A DNA stretch of 64,000 nt. It comes from an uncultured Nitrososphaerota archaeon. Its GTDB lineage: Archaea > Thermoproteota > Nitrososphaeria > Nitrososphaerales > CADDZS01. Each line of letters opens with the position of its first letter. Within the stretch, counting starts at the first letter, position 1. The stretch is from the NCBI GenBank assembly GCA_963799845.1, contig CAWCYI010000004.1:1504001-1568000 (forward strand), read 5' to 3'. The translations under genes and the position numbers were made by a program. Below are positions 60,044 to 64,000 of this stretch, in pieces. The notes under the pieces are model-generated. The model had not been told where the DNA came from. It was given only the letters and a program-made list of their open reading frames with translations, and did no database searches.

Positions 60044-62188
60044 CTACGATCGCAGTCAGTTCAGACAAAATCTCAGGGCTCGAAGATGATCAAGGAATCA
60101 TCAAGGCAAGGCTCGAAGAAGGCGTCGTGAGAGAACGGTTAAGCAGGGGCATTTACAGCAATCCAAACTCGGGATTCAGAGAGCTGTACGCAAACGAGGT
60201 ACGTGCGTGCAGAAGGGCCATTGCTCTTTATCCTCAGATCAACAAACGCAAGCCAAGGATAAGCGTCTTTCTCGACTACTCCAATCGTAACCTAGTCATT
60301 CATGGCGTAAACAGCCTCGGGATACCTCTTCATAGGTTCAAAGAAGTTCTCGCCGTCCTAGGAGAGACGGACAATGATTCGGGAAACGAGGTGGGGCAGT
60401 TTGGAATGGGCCACCTTTCTTTTCGCGCTCTCTCAGACAACATCCTTTTCGAGTCGTATAGCTTGGAGACCGGAGAGAGGTACTCCTATCTCGGCAATGG
60501 AGAGGTGTACGAAAAGCTTCCGGACCCCAAGGGGCTCGCATCAACGGGAACCAGAGTGACTGTCACACTCCGCGATCAAGGGCAGATGGACAAACTCGAA
60601 CAGTACGCGCGGTCAGTGTGTGCCTATTCAGATGTAGATACGTTTCTAACTGTTCTTGACGAGGACGGCAATGCGATCAAGGAAGCAGAACAGGTCAACA
60701 CACTTTCTGATCTCGGCAAGTTATCATCGAATTTCTTTGGAATTCCGATCGAGATTGAAGATGAAAATTTCTACATTTCCGGAACGGTTGCAAGCAAAGA
60801 AACTACTCGTTCGTCTCCAATAATCTTACTTATACGGATCCCAATACAGGCAGTGATCCTCGAAAGGTCTCTAGGACTCTTCAGCAAGTGTGTCCTCAAC
60901 ATCAAAGACGAGAGAAGGTACAAGCCAGCCGCAGACAGAGAGAGGCTGACAGACGAAGCTCAAACTCTGCTATTGCAGAAAATCAAATCGAGACTGAAGG
61001 AAGAACTGGCCCGAAAGCTCGACATAAGGACTCTGGACGATTTCAGGAATTCTCCATGCTCCACATTCTACTACAGGGACATTCACGACGCTCAACTGAG
61101 AGAGTTCTACCAGCCGTCGAACGAGACAAAGGAAATCTCAGAAATAATCAATTTACAGGTCAAGAGAAACGGCGACTCTGAATCTGTCAAGCTCGGAAAT
61201 CTCATCCAGCAGTCAAAGAGCCTCTTCTTTTGCAACAGCGTTGCGAAAGAGTACGAACATGTTTTTCAAAAAGAATACGCGGATGCAATCGTGATCAAGT
61301 TTGCTTCAAGATGGCAGCGACAAAACATCAAAGGCGATCTTCTTCGAAAGTATGGAATAAGGACCGATACAGAAGAAGAATTCCAAAGGATCAAATCAAA
61401 GCTTGGAAAAGAGTGGAGAGTGGGACTTGAACCCGAACCCCACAACGAACCAGACGCTCCGTATTACATAACGACTCATGAATCGTGGACAGTTTCGGTC
61501 GAGCGCCACGGAAGCACTTACCACTACCTTTCTGAAAGAGCAAACTCTGAGTACAGGACTTCTTGGCTTGGCAAAGAGAAAGTAATCTTCATTGAAGATG
61601 AGCTTTCCAAGTATCTTGATGTCCTAGCTGAGGTTGACTGCTCGTACAAGCTCACCAAGGCCAGTCCAAGGGGAATACCAAACGCTCTGACTCTAGAGAA
61701 GTTCATTGCGAAGATAAGTGCAACGCAGGTACAGACAAGCGAGGGTAGGATGACCTTCTCACAGGTCAGTGACAGTGGAAAGTCAGTAGAGATTCTCGTG
61801 TACGACGATCCAAGATTTGCACAAGTGTGCAAGCCAGATGCAGGAATATTCGTACCATTGGAAGCGGATGAAGCCTTTGAACTGGCGGTATTATGTACTT
61901 ACTTCGGAATATGCTGCAGGATACTCTTGGTCGCGCGAGAGGACGAGTTCTATAAAATAGCTGGAAGAAGCAGGTCGAGCTACTTCAACAAATCATGGGA
62001 AGGAAGGGAGAGCTGACGAGCCAGACAAGATGTGCGTCGCAAACTGTGCCTTCCACGTCGCCTCCGCGGTCGGGGACAAAGACCTCGTGGAGATGTATCT
62101 ATCCGCAATGGAAGGAGAATCGAATGCGGCAAAAGCCAGAGATTACAGAGATTTCCTGATCTCAATGTGGGAGAAGAATCCAAGCTAA
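60040..62188 (+). CDS. second GHKL (HSP90/rIIA-like) ATPase paralog (frameshift near 62008)
   Basis: LSRGIYSNPNSGFRELYANE, GQFGMG, TGTRVTV, PAADRERL; the shifted frame continues ADEPDKMC..WEKNPS*. Confidence 0.78.
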
Positions 62189-62228
62189 ACAACAAGGATT
62201 GGGCGAAAATAAATGAGGGTCGATTGTA

Positions 62229-62567
62229 TTGAAACTTCTTAGAGAATTGAAAGACAAATACGTGATTGTCGCTGAAAATGGATCGCCCACAACCGTAGCA
62301 AAAACGCCCTACAATGTTCTAAAGTACGGATACATGGAAGGGAAGCCGATCCACGCTAAATCAGCAGACAAGTACTCGGTGGATGAAAGCAGCGAAGCGG
62401 AAAGCGACGAAGCGCTCATCATTACGTCGCCCGACGGCGTCGGAGTTCCTTTACTTTTAGGGAAATTCGAACTAGCTCTTAATCTGCTTAATGGCGAACC
62501 AATTGGAGAGATCTGGAAGAAGAACTACGATCTTGTACTCAAGAAACTCGATGTGAAGAACGATTGA
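62229..62567 (+). CDS. hypothetical protein
   Basis: co-oriented ORF in the cluster. Confidence 0.55.
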   Translation: MKLLRELKDKYVIVAENGSPTTVAKTPYNVLKYGYMEGKPIHAKSADKYSVDESSEAESDEALIITSPDGVGVPLLLGKFELALNLLNGEPIGEIWKKNYDLVLKKLDVKND

Positions 62568-62597
62568 TTTTGCCCGAAAAGTCATGGTGTTAGAATT

Positions 62598-63020
62598 ATG
62601 AAAACAAAAACAAAGCTGGACGACTTCCTGAGCGAATTAGCATTGCATGTTACGACGTGTGGCATCCTAACACTGGCTTCTAATGATGGCGTACAAAGTT
62701 GGGATGTGCAACGCGTCAAAGGAGGACTTGTTTTCGGAATAGATTCCGCACAGAACGTACTATTTCGCGCGAAGCTCTACGGGCTTCTGGCTTCAGAAGG
62801 GGTCGGAGCGATCTTACGGACGTTCACTGACCATAGAGATGAGATAACAGGACTACCGATAAAGGAGGTCAGAAGCTATTTTGTCAGAAGAAATGGCATT
62901 GAAGTCGAGTGGAAGCAGTTTTCGGCTCAAGAAACGGAGGAAGCAAGCGGCACCGATGCTGAAAGCGGGAAAATCATTCCGAGGGAAAGGGCAGTAGTCT
63001 TCTGCGGTCCTGGAGAATGA
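62598..63020 (+). CDS. hypothetical protein
   Basis: co-oriented ORF with ATG start. Confidence 0.55.
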   Translation: MKTKTKLDDFLSELALHVTTCGILTLASNDGVQSWDVQRVKGGLVFGIDSAQNVLFRAKLYGLLASEGVGAILRTFTDHRDEITGLPIKEVRSYFVRRNGIEVEWKQFSAQETEEASGTDAESGKIIPRERAVVFCGPGE

Positions 63021-63144
63021 GGTCCGAAGGGAAGGAAAGGATGCGACAGCCAGCGAATTGTCGCCCTTGATCAGATGAATGAAGTACTCCGCATCTGGAA
63101 GCTTGCAGTCTAATTTCGGTCGGTAGCAATGGAGTGATTTGATT

Positions 63145-64000
63145 TTGTCAGCAAAGGCAGTACAGTTAGAGCAGCAGGCAGAAACAGGCGAGCGCATTTC
63201 AGTAAGCAAAATCAAGCAAGTCCTGAATTACGCTTACGAGATAGGACGGCCTGTGTTTCTGCAAGGGAGACCCGGAACTGGAAAGTCCAGTCTGGTCAAG
63301 TCCCTTGCTCAAGAGCTTGGAATAGATTTCATCGACCTGAGGCTTTCGCAAATTCTCCCGGAGGACCTGAGGGGATTTCCGAAAATCAACGGAATACAAG
63401 AAAAGCAAAAACTAATCCCGGAACAGGAGTTCGAAAATTACCTCGGCGAGGGGTGGCGCTACCTTGGAACTCTTCCTTCGGGCAGAGTGGTAGTTGAGAG
63501 CAGTGATAAGAGCAATGAACAGACTACGTGGATTCGGTCGGAGTTCCTCCCGTCCTCCGGCAGGGGGATACTGTTCCTGGATGAGCTCCCGAACGCAGAA
63601 CCTTCGAAACAGAACGCTGCGCTCCAGCTCGTCCTCGACAGGAGGCTAGGAAACTACGTACTTCCCGACGGATGGTTCGTTGTCGCTGCCGGGAACGGTG
63701 CCGAAGATAGGGCACATGTCTTCGAGCTGAGCTCCGCTCTGAATAACAGGTTCATCAACATCGAGTTCCCGGTCCCGACGTTTGAGGAGTGGTTCGAGTG
63801 GGGCGCGGGAAAAATCCACCCTGGTATATTCGGGTTCTTGAAACTGAAGCCGTCGCTGATGTTCAAGTTCGACCCTAGAGCCAAGGACAAGGCGTGGCCC
63901 TCCCTTCGTACGTGGGAAATCGCCTCTGACCTCTTCAAGGTGTCGAACGATCCTTCCGTGGTGAGGTTCGCGGTAGGCGAGGGCGCAGGGATCGAGTTCG
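63145..64000 (+). CDS. MoxR-like AAA+ ATPase (3'-partial; absent from the ORF track because no stop is reached)
   Basis: PVFLQGRPGTGKS, DLRLSQ..DLRGFP, GILFLDEL, LVLDRRLG..VAAGN, ALNNRF; GGAGTGA RBS. Confidence 0.85.
   Translation, partial: MSAKAVQLEQQAETGERISVSKIKQVLNYAYEIGRPVFLQGRPGTGKSSLVKSLAQELGIDFIDLRLSQILPEDLRGFPKINGIQEKQKLIPEQEFENYLGEGWRYLGTLPSGRVVVESSDKSNEQTTWIRSEFLPSSGRGILFLDELPNAEPSKQNAALQLVLDRRLGNYVLPDGWFVVAAGNGAEDRAHVFELSSALNNRFINIEFPVPTFEEWFEWGAGKIHPGIFGFLKLKPSLMFKFDPRAKDKAWPSLRTWEIASDLFKVSNDPSVVRFAVGEGAGIEF

Larger units (their letters stand above)
29221..64000 (+). mobile_element. putative integrative/conjugative element (or conjugative plasmid segment); boundaries approximate, continues past the window
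   Basis: ParB, VirB4, pilin-like, VirB6-like and VirD4-like genes plus co-oriented hypothetical clusters; no integrase or att site seen in the window. Confidence 0.72.

Noticed and set aside
2239-62188. Programmed frameshifting as an explanation for the many split genes
   Set aside because: Most breaks are single-base indels in or near homopolymers across unrelated genes, which fits long-read assembly error or decay. Only the IS630 TTTAAAAAAG site fits a known programmed frameshift.

Overview
Archaeal genomic DNA. Gene style and families suggest a Nitrososphaerota/TACK-type host, which is an inference. Bases 1-29 kb are chromosome-like accessory DNA: a TA0938/PqqC-CADD-like operon, a small AT-rich phage-like remnant, a peptide ABC substrate-binding protein, an amidase, a DUF1854-fused ABC exporter, a DadA/DapA pair, GNATs, V4R, an IS630, GT39, an RHS pseudogene and a KaiC/membrane-sensor pair. 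From about 29.2 kb to the window end lies a large, partly decayed conjugative element. It carries a TFIIB(TFB)-like/ParB/wHTH operon followed by a GTAAC repeat array, a surface protein, PrgI/VirB4/pilin/VirB6-like genes, and a VirD4-like coupling protein fused to a wHTH + PD-(D/E)xK nuclease. It also has a co-oriented distal cluster with two rIIA/HSP90-like GHKL ATPases and a MoxR-like AAA ATPase. The most unusual signal is that two related tnpB genes with intact RuvC motifs are not bounded by IS200/IS605-type hairpin ends. They are bounded instead by IS6-like terminal inverted repeats (GGTTCTGT...), one with a degenerate 8-bp target duplication. An orphan 3' remnant (omegaRNA region plus right TIR) of the same family is also present. 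Two further, conventional IS605-type tnpB elements converge tail-to-tail on a 33-bp palindrome. Many single-base frameshifts fall in or near homopolymers and may be assembly errors. No tRNA, rRNA, CRISPR array or integrase was seen. All family assignments come from motif recognition by eye, not from database searches.
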